From Chlorokybus atmophyticus (Eukaryota > Plantae > Mesostigma and Chlorokybus algae), in assembly GCA_009103225.1 (NCBI GenBank), contig RHPI01002656.1, positions 248,001-312,000 on the forward strand: 64,000 nt of DNA. Reading direction: 5' to 3'. A program made the translations under genes and the position numbers. How positions within the stretch are numbered: position 1 is the stretch's first letter; every line of letters begins with the position of its first letter. Of this stretch, positions 26,201-38,808 are shown in pieces. Under the pieces are notes generated by a model that was not told the DNA's origin, made no database searches, and worked only from the letters and a program-made list of their open reading frames with translations.

Positions 26201-26489
26201 CTGTGAGTATTCCAGTGCATGCATGCTGAGAGGGTGGCAATGCACAATCAGCTCAAGTTAGCTCAGTACGCTTGACGCTGCTGCAAGAAGCGAACGCTCA
26301 AACTTGACCGCATGACAACCATACATTAAGATCAACACGATAGCCAGTGCGACATGCACAGCGACACCCATAACACCACCCAGCAACACTTACCTTAACG
26401 CTAACAGCTTGCTTGGTGGCTGCTGCGGCGGGGAGAGGTACGCGCACCTCGGCAACCTTCCCGCGGTCCGTAAACTCCGGGCCAGCCAT
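23210..26489 (-). CDS. CS (p23-like) domain + ankyrin repeats + TPR protein (TPR10-like with an extra N-terminal CS domain)
   Basis: CS-like N-terminus (AEVRVPL...LFALVDKNKSNW...VVVSLAKQNPLQVWPQL). Ankyrin repeats (GRSPLHFAALNGH, GETPLLLAARGGH, GPPLLWAAGHGH, GVTALMMATAAG, GVTPLFVAADSG, GDTPISAAALAG). TPR trio (LKQAGDEAYRQKQFDQAIALYSQ, LHSNRS, DWAKACFREG). Stop TAG at 23210-23212; three inferred GC-AG introns. Confidence 0.88.
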
Positions 26490-26920
26490 TCTGGCCCAAC
26501 CAGCCTCCGCAACAACCCCTGCCAGGCAACGAATCTACAGCAGCCTGGTGTGCTAAACCTTTTCCGCCTGTACTTGCCGCCGCCCTGCCTTTGGCCTGGT
26601 GGCGCCGATATCGACGCTCGTGCACACATTGGTCTGATATCGGAGCAGCCGGCTCGATACTTTGCCTTGCCGCGCGCGCTGGCGTTGTTTTCAGGCTCAT
26701 AGCTGAGCTGGCAAGCGGCGGCGGCGGAAGCGGCGGCGGGAGAGGGGTCACGTTGTGCGCTTGTCCAGGGCGGTGAATAGCGCGGGTGTGGTGGGCAGGG
26801 AGGGAGGACTGAGTGCAAGCTCAGCGTTCTAAAAGTTAGCAGGCCTGGTGCTTGTTATAGGTGACGACTGTCTGCTGCTGGGAGGGGAGAGTTGGGGTGG
26901 AGGAGTTGAGGGTGCCAAGC

Positions 26921-28093
26921 ATGAGCTTGTTCCGGCGGCGGCGCGAGCTGGAGGAGCCTCCTGTTGTCGAGGCGCCGGTGACGTCCGCTTCTGCTGCACG
27001 TACCACTGAGCTGCTGCCATCAGCAGAGGCCCACACGGACGACTTGTCGAGGCCGGCAGCTGGCCGGCTCTACAATCCGTACGCAGAGCTTCCAGCGCCG
27101 TTTGATATCAACCAGCTACCGGTAATGCTCAGTTCACAATCGGTGGTCGTTTGATGCGCCTATACCAGTATTCTCGCTGACTGCTGAACGAGCAGGACCA
27201 GAGCGTTGAGCTCAAGTTTGTTTGAATGCTTGCATGCATGTGTGCGCTGCGTTGCTTTGCTATGATTGCAGTTAACTGTAACCCGTTTGTAACACTCAAG
27301 CTCTTGTTTCCTGTCAGTGTTGAAGAGGAGTATCTGTGTACACACTACTCACGCACATGAGTCTGTTGCAGCTGTTGAGAGAACTTATTGAGTTGTCAAG
27401 TCTTGTACAGTGATAACAAGAGGAGTTTGCCGTATCAAGAATACCATGCATGCATGCTTGCAACGTTGCGCACTTTCCATTCAACAAAGCGCTGCTTAAT
27501 GTGAATGTTCAATGCAGGGGTTATATCAATTGCCGGATGCGCCTGAGCACTTATTCGGTGAAGAAGCGCTCAATAAGCGAAGATCATGGAGCGAAAATTT
27601 GACGTATTACACTGGCAGTGGTTATCTAACAGGTGCCATTGCTGGCGGCGGGTATGGCATTGTGGAGGGGTGGAGAGCTAAACCAGAATCAGGTCAGCAG
27701 CTGATTTCCCTAAACAAATTTGTGTGTCAAGGCTGCAGTTGTGGGAATAGTGAATTGAACAGTGTGCCTGTTATGTATGTTACAGGCGTTGATACAACAA
27801 AGTTGAGGATAAACAGGCTACTAAACAGCGCCGGACAGCGTGGGCGGACAGCAGGGAACGCTTTGGGTACTCTGGGTCTGTTCTATTCCAGTTCTGAGAG
27901 CTTCATCAGCTACTTGCGTGGCACGGACGACTGGCTGAACTCGCTGGGGGCTGGCCTGGCTTCAGGTGCAGTGTACAAAGCATCTGCGGGGCCGAGGACC
28001 GCGGCAGTGGCAGCTGCTGCTGGGGGCTTGGCGAGCGCTGCGCTGCTAGCTGGCAAGCAAGTGACCAAGCGTTATGCTCATCAATTTATGTAG
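26921..28093 (+). CDS. TIM23: Mitochondrial inner membrane translocase subunit Tim23
   Basis: YNPYAEL, LYQLPDAPEHLFGEE, RRSWSENLTYYTGSGYLTG, KLRINRLLNSAGQRGRTAGNALGTLGLFYS, DDWLNSLGAGLASGAVYK; three exons. Confidence 0.9.
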
Positions 28094-28847
28094 GCGGGCT
28101 ACTGCAATAGCACAGGGCCCATGGAGTTTTGACATTTGGCTTGCGCGGAGATGTTGGTGATGGGTTGTGCGAATCATTAGGACTTGCTGCCCCTTCATCC
28201 GAGCACCAGTATTGGCCACCATTGTGGGCATGCGGTTGGTGGTTAGTTGCTTGTGCGTGTAGAGTCTGTTTTTGCAGCTTATTGAATTCATGATAATCGC
28301 TTCACGCTTAGGCAGTGAGATATTGGCCAGATTTATTACTCCTTCTGACTGAGCAAGGTGCATGTGAGCAAGAATCCTTATTTGTTTGTGATTACTCCAC
28401 AGTCAAGAGGTTAATCTCATACATCATCATATCATCTGTTCTTTGACAAAAAGGAAAAACATGACATTAAAAGCAATGTAGCTTGTACACATCAACATGC
28501 CCGTGTGTTTATGGGCAAGTCATGCACATTGCAGAACTCTGCGCTGTAAAAGCACCATCAAGCCACGAGTACATAAATCTTTGAAACTATGCTAGGCATG
28601 CAATAAGTGCCGCGCATTCGTAATCCGTCAGTCACAATGGTAATGCAGCCACTATTGCGCATTGCCTTGAACAGTGTAACAGTGAATGTGAGCCGTATAA
28701 AAGTTGCACGTTGAGGGACAAGTTATCACGGTAATTTGTTGCAGAAGCCCTTGGTGCAAAATCTCCTTCCGGAGGACTACCGGTAGGTGGTTGGCCGCAA
28801 CCTGATACATTATGACTTTTCACGAAGTGACCTAAGTGAACTCGCGG

Positions 28848-28852
28848 AAAAA
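28848..28852 (-). terminator. Pol III terminator (T5) downstream of tRNA-Leu
   Basis: TTTTT on the minus strand about 23 nt after the tRNA 3' end. Confidence 0.55.
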
Positions 28853-28874
28853 CATCGCGTCAAAGTCAGGGATG

Positions 28875-28959
28875 TGCCGGCTGTGGGGTTTGAACCCACG
28901 CGTGATTGCTCACAGGGGATCTTAAGTCCCCCCCCTTAGACCAACTCGGGCAAACCGGC
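28875..28959 (-). tRNA. trnL-UAA: tRNA-Leu (anticodon UAA), intronless, long variable arm
   Basis: GCCGGTT/AGCCGGC acceptor stem, D arm with GAGTTGGTCTAA, anticodon stem GGGGA-CTTAAGA-TCCCC, T arm GTGGGTTCAAACCCCAC, discriminator A. Confidence 0.97.
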
Positions 28960-29161
28960 CTTGGCAACTCGGAATGGTTGAACCTTTGCAATATAAGCCA
29001 AAGGTAAACAGATTCTACGTCGTCCGATGTGAATGATCTGACGGTTAACACGGCTTTGTAAGCAGTCATTCGACGGCGATTGCAGCTTACACGTAGTGAA
29101 GGGCCTGCGCTACAGACGGCGTAGATTGCTCAAGTGTGGATGCTCAGACGCCATGTGTGAC

Positions 29162-29169
29162 AAACCCTA
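29162..29169 (+). promoter_or_regulatory. Telo-box (AAACCCTA) upstream of the plastid RPS20 gene
   Basis: Exact AAACCCTAA about 140 nt upstream of the ATG. Telo-boxes are known in promoters of plant translation-related genes. Confidence 0.5.
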
Positions 29170-29302
29170 ACGCAAGCCGCGGCCTACATTTCACCGCCGC
29201 CGCCGCCCCTGTCGCCGTCATCGCCGCCTCCTGCTGGCTTGGACTCTTGGGGTAGAAGGGGCAGCGGGAAGGATATTGGTTTGAGGGGAGAGACCTACAG
29301 CG

Positions 29303-30146
29303 ATGGCGCTGGCGCTTGGATCGGTGACGGCGTCTCTGGGCAGGCTCAGCATTGCCGCCCCCAGGCGGCAGCAGCAGCAGCGGCCTCGTGGACTGCAGCT
29401 GGCCTCCAGCAGAGCCTCCCTGCGCGGAGAGTCCCTTTCAGGTGAGAGCGGTATCTTCGACATTGGGGTTCTATACTGTCCGCAATGCGTGAACCACACT
29501 AGGCTTGATCTTGCGAGTGATGAGTTAACATTCATTCCATCAACCCAATAGTTACGATTAGCAGACCCTAGTTCTTAGAATTGATATTTTCCATGCGCAA
29601 CTGCAGTGCGTTCGCGCAAGCCTGCTGCAGCCACCCGCGCTTTTGTGCTGGAAATTGTTGCTAAGCAGAACGCCGAGAAGCGCACGCGACAAAATGAGAC
29701 GCGACGCATGCGCAACAAGGCTCGCAAATCAGAGTTGAGGACACGGGTGAAGAAGGTAAGCGCATGGTTGGTTGACTTTTGTCAGTTATTGTGTGCCGTC
29801 CATCCTGTTGTTTCAATTAATGCATGAACGTGTCAACTGCTTGGCAAATTGTTCAGTGCCATTCACCCACCAGCCTTAATCCAAACGTTGTCATTGGTCT
29901 CCTGCGTAGGTTGTGGTTGCCCTTGAAGCCTTGAGGAAGAACGCTGACAAGGAAGCCCTCGAGCCGGTTGAGAAGCTGCTTGGCGAGGCGTACTCTGTCA
30001 TTGATAAGTGCACCGGCAAGGGCACTCTGCACAAGAACACAGCCGCACGCAAGAAGTCCGCCATTGCCCGGTTGAAGCGCACCGTGCTGATTGAGCTCGG
30101 CTGGTACACGCCCACGCCCGCAACGGACGCCACTGCCTCAGCGTGA
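29303..30146 (+). CDS. PRPS20: Plastid 30S ribosomal protein S20 (bS20c), nuclear encoded
   Basis: Transit peptide, then AEKRTRQNETRRMRNKARKSELRTRVKK, AYSVIDK, KGTLHKNTAARKKS, ELGWYTP; three exons. Confidence 0.95.
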
Positions 30147-30945
30147 GACAGAGTGTGCTCTCTGGCGCGCTTGTCCCAGTTATAGGTACCACACCGACTG
30201 CCTGGTTTGCTGCCTTTGGTCGGGCAACGCTTGCGTATCGCTAAGTTGAGCAAGCTGCCAAAATGTGCTAGGCTATATTAGCACTAGCTGAGATAACTGG
30301 ATGTGCATTGTTATATACTTGTGACGGGTGAAACAGATGTGTAGGTGTGGACAAGAGCTTTTGCCTCTATGCCCAGCGCCTATTTGTATTGCAGTGAGCT
30401 ACACCAGGTCCAATGTGGTGTGATTGCGCTGTTCCCTCGCACTGTACTGCTGTCCTTGTACTTGTCAACTTCATGTTCTTGTTTGAGACCTAGAGCTATC
30501 TGGCGCTCCAAAGCATTGCACTGCAACCGAGTGTCTGGGATGCCAATGCAGTGCAATTGCCCTGGCATCCGCTCAGCGGACAACACACACAGCTGCATCA
30601 TTTTGTGCGCATATGTGGTGAGCAAATGCAGCGTGTAACCAATGTGGTTACACGCTGCCATGCCCATGGCCCTGTAGTCAATGTGGTCACTGCAGTGACT
30701 GCAGATATCCGACAGCATTGCACACGGCCATTTATAGTACTATGCACTTGCTGCGTGTGGTCCATTCATTGAGACAGTGCAAGCTACTTCTGTGACTACA
30801 GCTTCTACAGCTCTCGTCACGTACCAGGCAATACAAGCTAGCTATGTATTCTGTAAATCAGTGCTCTCACTACACCATCAATTCTGTCAATGGCCAACCG
30901 CATCTCAAACATGCCATGAGAGTGAACAGTGTAGGCAATTCTGAC

Positions 30946-31741
30946 TTACATCCATCGCCGGACCTTTTTCGTGTATTGGACATACCGCATGCCGAACTTG
31001 GACCGCATGTAGTCCTCCTCAGCAGGAATAACAATGTACACGATGTACAGAACGAAGGGGATGGCGGTGAGTACCAGCCAGTATGTGTTCATGGCGGCTG
31101 CCAGACCAGCTTGAAGGAAGAAAAAGGACATGTAGATAGGATTGCGGCTTTGTCCAAAAGGCCCGGTCGTCACGATCGCCGACACCTTCTGGTGATGCTT
31201 AACGCTGGTCTTGTTCTTTGCAAGCTCCGCCAGACTCATGTAGAAGATGAATACAGCTGCACATGCACGTATGGATGCAGCTAAGGAAAAGAGCCAGCGA
31301 ATGTGTGCATATTCAGCAGCAAGTGTTAGCATGCCCATGTGCGCACTCCTGGACATGATCACACGTATGCACACGGACACCCAAGGGCATGCCAGTGAAA
31401 ATACTGTGGGGTTCGCACTCGCGAACATGCACACACGCAACATGGGGTTGCCACTTGTGGTGAGTTGAAGCCTCCAAGTCACAACATGGATGTGTACTGC
31501 ATGTATGATCGGCACTGCTGCCTGGGGTACCTGTGGAAAGCGCGAACGCGGCCGCCAACAGCTTTACAAAGTAGTGTTCCTCAGTGAACATGATAAATGG
31601 CTTGTAGAAGAACTTGAGCATCACCCCGAGGACAATGCATGCGAGCTGAAACACGGGCGGCGGGACCTTCACTTCAGGAGAGTTGCCGGGGTCGGCCGCA
31701 TGCCCTTTGAATGGCGACAGCACGCTCTCTACCCCGCTCAT
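30946..31741 (-). CDS. Isoprenylcysteine carboxyl methyltransferase / PEMT (Ste14) family membrane methyltransferase
   Basis: N-terminal VPPPVF, IVTTGPFGQSRNPIYM, VIPAEEDYMRSKFG, YVQYTKKVRRWM*; one intron. Confidence 0.85.
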
Positions 31742-33182
31742 GGCTGCAACGCAGAATGCAGTATGCTTTGAACATCGAAATTCAATGAGTATGGTCAGCA
31801 CAAGGTGCGGCAACTTGCACGCAGTGTCAACAACACAACGTTTTGGCTGAAAAAGTGAAAGCAGTTGACCAGCAGCCGATTGGCCAGCGGCAACCACTTT
31901 TACACAAAGCTACCAAGCCAACGGCAACATTTTACAGCCAGAAGATTGAAGACAGGCAGACAACACTGCCGCCCAACACAATGTTACCGTTGTGCTGTGC
32001 ACACGGACACGCGAGGCTACATATCCACTGTACAGACGAGCGATGTGCATTGTGCAGAGCGTGATTGTCGCTGACAATGTCTGTGGGTTCAGGCCTTTGC
32101 AGATTGTATGTCAAGAAATGTCGTTGATGCACAAAGTGTAAAGTTGCATGTGTGAGGGGACCATTGCAAGCACAGTTGCAGTGACCAATGCCCTCTCGAA
32201 CGCTCACCTGCCACTCGGCGTGTTCACTCCTGTATCGTGTGTTGTTTTAACGTTTCCCTTATGCTTCTCCAATCGGCTGCCGCAAGTACCACCTCCACGC
32301 CACGCCACCCACGCCAATACCTCCGCCGGCCCAACTGACACGCCGCTGGCTCCAAACCCTAAGCGCAGCAGCAGCACCAGGCGGAAGCAGGCTGCTCCAA
32401 GCATCAACCTGCTTGGTTGTCGCTGGTACGGGCGGGCAAGAGGCGGCATAGAGGGCGCTGTGTTCACAAATTGGTGGAACACAGGACAAAGCGCGCGCAG
32501 CTAGGCTTGTTTGGTGAAGCACGCATTGGGCTGTGAGGTTGGCACAGGTGCTGCATGTCTGCAGGTCGGTGTACATCAGTGCCTTGCAAACCCAATGCAC
32601 CCGAGCGGCAAATTGTAAGCACCGGAGTCGGAGACAGAAGTGTAAGCAGAGTGGTGAGGTCCGTGTATTGACGCTACCGTTGCCGTTGTCGTTTTTGGAC
32701 AGCACAGAAGACTGCGCATCGAGGTGAGTAGCTAACCGAACTGCAAATCAAATATGTCACAATGAGACACGAGTATGAGCCGACTGCAGTGTTATTATTG
32801 CTGCTGCCTTGACAGCTGCCCTCTTTGGATCAGACACGTGTGTTGACGTAACCGCTTGGGAAGGTGACTGTGTGGCATGTGGCCGCGTGTTAGACATAGT
32901 TGCTGCTTATCATCAAGGTGTACAGCTGTGCACAAATATGTCTGCCGTGTACACAGTTATCACGCGCGTAACACAGTTGTCTAAGGGAGTATTGCGGTTG
33001 CCATGTGCATGCTATGCTCACTTCCATAGTTTATCTTAGAGCAATCCACTTTACATTGAGCCGCTAGACAAGTGCATGGTGGTTGAGTTGATGTAGGGAA
33101 TTACTTGGGAGAAAGCAGCAGCGACAGCAACATGCGGATGTGCGCTTGATCTCACTGACAATCTGGGCATAACTTGGCAGCC

Positions 33183-36100
33183 ATGGACAAGCTGTTTACA
33201 AAAGCGCTCGGCGCAATAGAGGACACCATCAACGAGTATCCAGTCAATGCGGTCCCGGCTGCACTTCCGCATTCCGCTCCGACGGACGAAACGGCAAGGC
33301 GGGCTCTTGCGTTCTGGAGAGACGTGGCATTGCAAGCCCGCAAGGCAACTTGGGACGAACAGGCAACGCAGGTATGTCGTGTGCAGTAGTATGGTACGCA
33401 TGCATGATGTGCTTGCGAACAACCACATTTGACAGTGTGTGGTGGTGTGTAGGTTGCAGACCTGCAGGAAGGCAGCTTGAAGAGCCGCAAGCGCCTGGCT
33501 GAGCTTACCAAAGAGTTCAGGTCTGGCAACTCAACCGAAGCGGACATCAAGAAGCTCATACCTTCTTATCAGTCAGAGGTAATTTATGCAAGCAAGTTCT
33601 CACACACCCGAAGAACTAGTACCAATGTGCATTGCTGCAGGTTGACAGCCTCACGAAACGTGCCAAGTTTGCGGAGGGCGCCTTTCTGGGCCTTTACAGG
33701 CTGTTTTACGATGCTGAAGACCCAACGCCAGCACTCTCCACACTCGTTGAGCTGCAGCCGCGCCTGCACATGGCTCTGAGCGACAGTCAGCGGCTACGCC
33801 AGGAGCTCGAGGTGTGTGTATGCGAATGTGGAGGCATATGAGTCCGCGTATGTGCGTGTATATGTAGGTGCGTGTGTGCGTATGAAGGTGTGCATGTGTG
33901 TGCATGCACGCAGGATGCTTGCTTACGTTAAAGGCAGCACATGACCAGCGCAGTATCCTGGGCCCAGTGTTTGTACAACTGATGGTGTTTGGGTAGGAGC
34001 TGAGAGCCAGCATGGGCGACAAGGAGGTGCTGATTGCAAGGGTTCAGCGGTTGGAGCAGCAGGCAGCAGTGTCGGTATGACTGTCGCCTGTACTGGAACC
34101 AAAGTGCTGTGATGAGAAGACTGAGACGTAATGGTGTGAGTGCAGGATGAAGCTGCTGAAGCCCGCATTCGTGAGGCGGCCAAGGAGGCGGAGGCTGCAT
34201 ATGAACGGGAACGACAGGCCGCTGACCGCGAACGGCTCGTTCAACGACAGCTGGCAGACTGCCAGAGAGAGCTGCAGCAACTGCAGCAAAGCCACGAGTC
34301 GGTGCAAAGCATGCTGTTCTCGTTACAGGTAAGCTGTTAGAGCTCTCCTCTCTTAACTCTGCAGCTGGAACGTACCCTGGGCACATGCTGATGGGATGGC
34401 AGTGCAGGCGCGAGCAGACGAAGACCAGGCGGTCAAACAAGCTGACTCTGAGACACTGTTGGAGGAGAACGAGCTTTTGCGTCAACAGGTGCGGCTGTGA
34501 CAGTTTGTCCAGACGCTACTGCATTATGCGCTTTGTATGCATGCTTAGCAACTGTGTACAGCTCAGCAAGTTGCTGAGTTGCAAAAAGTTGCTAAGCACC
34601 AGTTGCTTTGCAGGTGTTGGCGCTTGAAAAGAGTCGTGATGAACTCAGTTCTGAGTTCACCCGTCTTCGTGAAAGCGCTGTACATCCGGCCAGCGCAAGC
34701 GCAAGCGGTGACAGCATGGAATCATACCGGGATACGGAATTGAAGGCGTTGCGTGATGAGGTCACAGACGTGCGCATGCAGCTTGAGGTTGGTGGATGTG
34801 CACACATGCATGCGCACAAGTGATTGTGTTTGGAGTCCCACATGTGTGTTGTGTGCAGCTTGAGAGAAGTCGCACAGCTCAAATGTCGTTGGAGATGCAA
34901 GACACCTCCAATGGTGAAGCAGACCGCATTCGGGAGTTGGAACGCCAGCTAGACGAGCGGCCAACTGTTGCGCAGATGGAGTCCTTGCGCAAGCAGGTAT
35001 TGGTTGTTTGTTGCCACTGGCAAGTTGCTTGTCGTCTGCTGATTGCGCTTGTGCATCAAAGTGGTGGTGGATCTGTGCACCTCAACACCACAGCTGTGTA
35101 CAATCAGCATTCATGGACAGTAGTCAATGCACAAGTATGCATCGACTTCCACAATGATAATGTTCTAAGTCGCGATGTGTTCTTCTCTGCAGGTGCGAAT
35201 GCTGCAAGCGTTGGTTGATACCGAAGTCGAGGATGCGTGGGGGGCGGACGAGCAGACTGCAGCAAATACCGGTCAGCAGAATGTGACACAAGCGCTTCAG
35301 AAGAAGAACCGTCAGCTCACTGCTGAGCTGACCACCACAAAGGTGACAGCTGTTGCAATGGCGCCTACTTAAAGCAATGTGTGCAACATTTCTGATGCCT
35401 GCGTCCTGGCTTTCTGCAGGTGGCGCTTGACCAGCAGCAGTTGGAGAACCAATCGCTACAATCTCAGCTGGCTGAATCGCTGTCTGTCTGCGTAAATCAG
35501 CGCCAGCTGTTGACCAAGCTTGAAGAAGACCTTCTGCACAGCACTGCGCCATCTACCTCCTTAGAAGATGCAACCATGCGATCAGGTGAGACAATAGGTG
35601 ATACTTACCGGTTATCTGTGAGGAAAAGAGGGCGAGCGTGAGTACGCACAACTTGCCATGCGAGGATGTGGGCACATGGTGGATGTGTCACAATGCGCAA
35701 ACTATCACTTCATTTGCCGCAACTTCGATGCAGATGATGCGGAGGCCATCCGTGACAAGGCGAACACACCCTCGCCAGCAAGTACCACAGCCCCTGATGC
35801 CAACAGCATGTTAAGCATTGTCTGTGGACAACGTGACCGCTTCAGAGCGAGTGTGCTGGAGTTGCAGGCGGACAACAACCGGCTTGGCAGCCAACTCAGT
35901 ACGTGTACACACGTTCACCAGCAGGGTCCCTACAAGGCAATCTGGTATTTATCAGTTACTTGGTATCTAAAGCATAATTGCGTCATTCTTGCAGGTAACC
36001 AGCAGCTGGATTTGCAGCGGTTGCGCACGGACAACGTGCAGCTGTATGAGAAAATACGCTTCCTGCAGCGTTACCAGGGACCCAGCACGAAGCCCTTCGG

Positions 36101-36879
36101 TGCAGGGCTTACCGACTTTGCTGGGGACTCCAAAAGCCAGCGCTATGCATGCTTTGGGGCAGAGGTAGGGACTAGAAACGCAATTGATTGTTAATGCATA
36201 TTGATAATCTGAGATGAAGTCTGCACTGTAGGTAATTACTACCGAGTCGCTCGGGCGACGCCAAAATCGATATGCGTGCTTTGGGGTTAGTCCGGGATTG
36301 GAAGTCACCGATTACGAGTCAGGGGCCGTCTCAGCAGCCAGTCCTGAGGTACTGATTTTGTTTGTGTGACTTCACAGTCTTGAGATTGATCGGCTGGCCG
36401 ATCATCAGGTGCGCTACAAGAAGATGTACGAGGAGCGCATCAATCCGTTTGCGGAGTTCAGCCGACGGGAACAAGAGCAGAGTTACAGTCGCTTGCGGCT
36501 TCACGACAAGGTTGGCGCCAGTGGTACAATCTGCAAGCTGCTGCTACTGCTGCGTGTGTGTGTGTGTAAGATTCTTCTTACACCTATTGTGCAGATCACA
36601 CTGCGCAGCAGCAGGTTCTTCCTCAGCAACCCATTTGCACGTCTGTTCCTCTTCTGCTACACGATCATCCTCCACCTGCTGGTTTTCGGAGTGCTGTACA
36701 GGTTGTCAACATGCGGGCGCAGTGTGTTGCTAAGCGCCGCACAGGTCGATGCTGTCTCCGTGCAGTCTCCCGCCACCTCAGCTGCCGGGACTCTCGCGGA
36801 CAGGCTCGCAGATGCCATGGGCACCATCCTGCAATCGACACGCACTCTGACCACTGCTTCCCAGAGCGGGCAGCATTGA
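33183..36879 (+). CDS. CASP: Golgi coiled-coil protein CASP (CUX1/CASP family)
   Basis: ALAFWRD, SLKSRKRLAELTKEFR, YQSEVDSLTKRAKFAEGAFLGLY, long coiled coil, SMLSIVCGQRDRFR, LRTDNVQLYEKIRFLQRY, YEERINPFAEFS, C-terminal TM (ARLFLFCYTIILHLLVF). Confidence 0.92.
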
Positions 36880-37406
36880 CGGCAAAGATGAACACGAGCT
36901 GTATATCAATTGCTATATCAATTGCTGTGTTCTTGTGTATGTTATATTTGTGTAAATGTCGTTGTTTAATTGTGTAGGTGTATACATCCATGAAAAGTGT
37001 GTGATATGTGGTATTTACTGTACATGTGCGACATCTATACAAGCTCAGTGACGTTGCAGGGTGATGCCTGGACACAGCGGTGGTGAACATGTATGCTTCA
37101 TGCGTCCATGCATGAATGTTTGCACATTGCCTTGTCATCTTGCATGTGCTCAAGCGACAGCCATGAGCAAGCGAAGCATGCCGGGCACCTGGCGACACTG
37201 AAGTAGTAGCAACCCTGTGAAGATGTGTGTGTCTTGGCATCTCCGCAAGCTGGCGTAGACTGGGAGGCGGCGGCGGGGAGGCAGGGCAGCAGGGCGGCGC
37301 GAGCGTGGGAGCGGGGCGGGGAGGCCGAAGGAACTGCTGCCGGGAATGCGCTGGATAGCGATGGCAGCAGCGGCAGGACTGTCCGCTGCTTCAACCAGCA
37401 GGAGGG

Positions 37407-37594
37407 TGTAACAGGGGTGAGGCAGCATGCAAAGGGTAGCAAGCTCATGAACAGAGCAGAGTGTATTGAATAGCCAGAGGTCCCTCTTTTCTACGAAACC
37501 CTAACTATTCATAGTCATAATAGCCTGCCATACATCTACTCTTTAACTGTCTGATGTAACATCAGGAGCCGCCATACAGGCTTCGCCCGTTACA
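37407..37594 (-). mobile_element. LTR (3' LTR of a minus-strand Ty3/gypsy element)
   Basis: TGTAAC...GTTACA termini; aligns with 51733-51916. A purine tract AGAAGATAGGGGAAATGG lies immediately inside on the minus strand (37595-37612). Confidence 0.8.
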
Positions 37595-37716
37595 CCATTT
37601 CCCCTATCTTCTAAACGTTCGTGGTAGGGCTTCATTTGCTCTACATAAGCCGGGCGAACGGTCTGCTTGGTTCTCGCCACTCCGTCTGCTCGCTTAATCA
37701 GGTTTGAATTAGGTCA

Positions 37717-37824
37717 GTCGGGACACAAAAGGGGGAAACCCGGGTCGGGACTCAGAAATCGAGAGAGAAAGTCCGCGTCGGGACGCAAAAGCCGGCAAGG
37801 AAATGCCGCGTCGGGACATCAAAA
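37717..37824 (+). repeat. Four spaced GTCGGGAC motifs
   Basis: At 37717, 37744, 37777 and 37810 (spacing 27/33/33), each followed by A-rich bases. Confidence 0.75.
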
Positions 37825-38808
37825 TGACAAGCGACCCGATATAGTGATATCGATTATGTAGCATGGGGACGCGATTAAAGGTAATCCCAGTTTCGGGCGC
37901 CGCGTCGCTGCTCAGCATTTCGCGCGACGATGCTGATATCACCGTCGACCGGTTTTGTCGGCGTGCCGGCTCACGTCAGCCATGCTGAATGAAGCTCCAC
38001 TACATTGATGACAATTAAGCTGGCGTTATGTAACATTATTAGTGTGCTTTGTCACACTTCCTATGCTTTGCATGATCAATAAGTGTATAAAGTTTTAATC
38101 ACTTGCACATCATCACTCTTACATGCATATACACCTACATTTAATAGATTAAACATGACAATTGCAAACACACACATTTACGACCTCAAGAAACTCAAAT
38201 GGAAGGTATGGAATGCAATTCATACGTGTGTAGATAAAGCTTAATTCACACATATTAGAGCTAAGTCTTTATATTGAATGGAAGGGCTCGCTTCAAATGT
38301 CAATTACTGCACGCAAGTGCGTGTATGTACATGCACGCACATGTTACATGTAGCTGTATTTAGGTAGGTGAAGTTTTGAGGTTATAAGTCTTACACCCCG
38401 GCCGATCAAATGTTCCTGCTTGTGTGTCCGTTATTCTGCTGTGAGTGACTGATAGCTACGTTGCGCATGATCCGTTATGTAATCGGTATAACGATGGGTT
38501 GTGCCGCATGCTTGCACCCACACCTACACCATTACAAACACACATGAGAAAAAATTAGCACGCACACGCAGCATACATAAACACACAATTACATGCACAA
38601 ATGCAAGAAACCCACTGTCAAGTCACCAAGTCTTACACAAGTAGATCTAAGGGCTGGCGAAGGGGGGGCGGGGCTGTCTGCGCGACATAAGTTGCAGCAG
38701 CAACAGCAGGGCAGCATGGGTGAGACGCAACAACCGCCGCCCCAACCACACATCACAAGCGCGGTTGACTAAAGCTGCTGTTGATGGTGGAGTGACCATT
38801 ACTCGTTT

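Noticed and set aside
28630-28850. Possible tRNA-snoRNA dicistron downstream of tRNA-Leu
   Set aside because: A T5 terminator follows the tRNA, and no convincing C/D or H/ACA boxes were seen.
37717-37824. CRISPR-like array
   Set aside because: The repeats are only 8 bp, there are four copies, there are no cas genes, and the context is eukaryotic.
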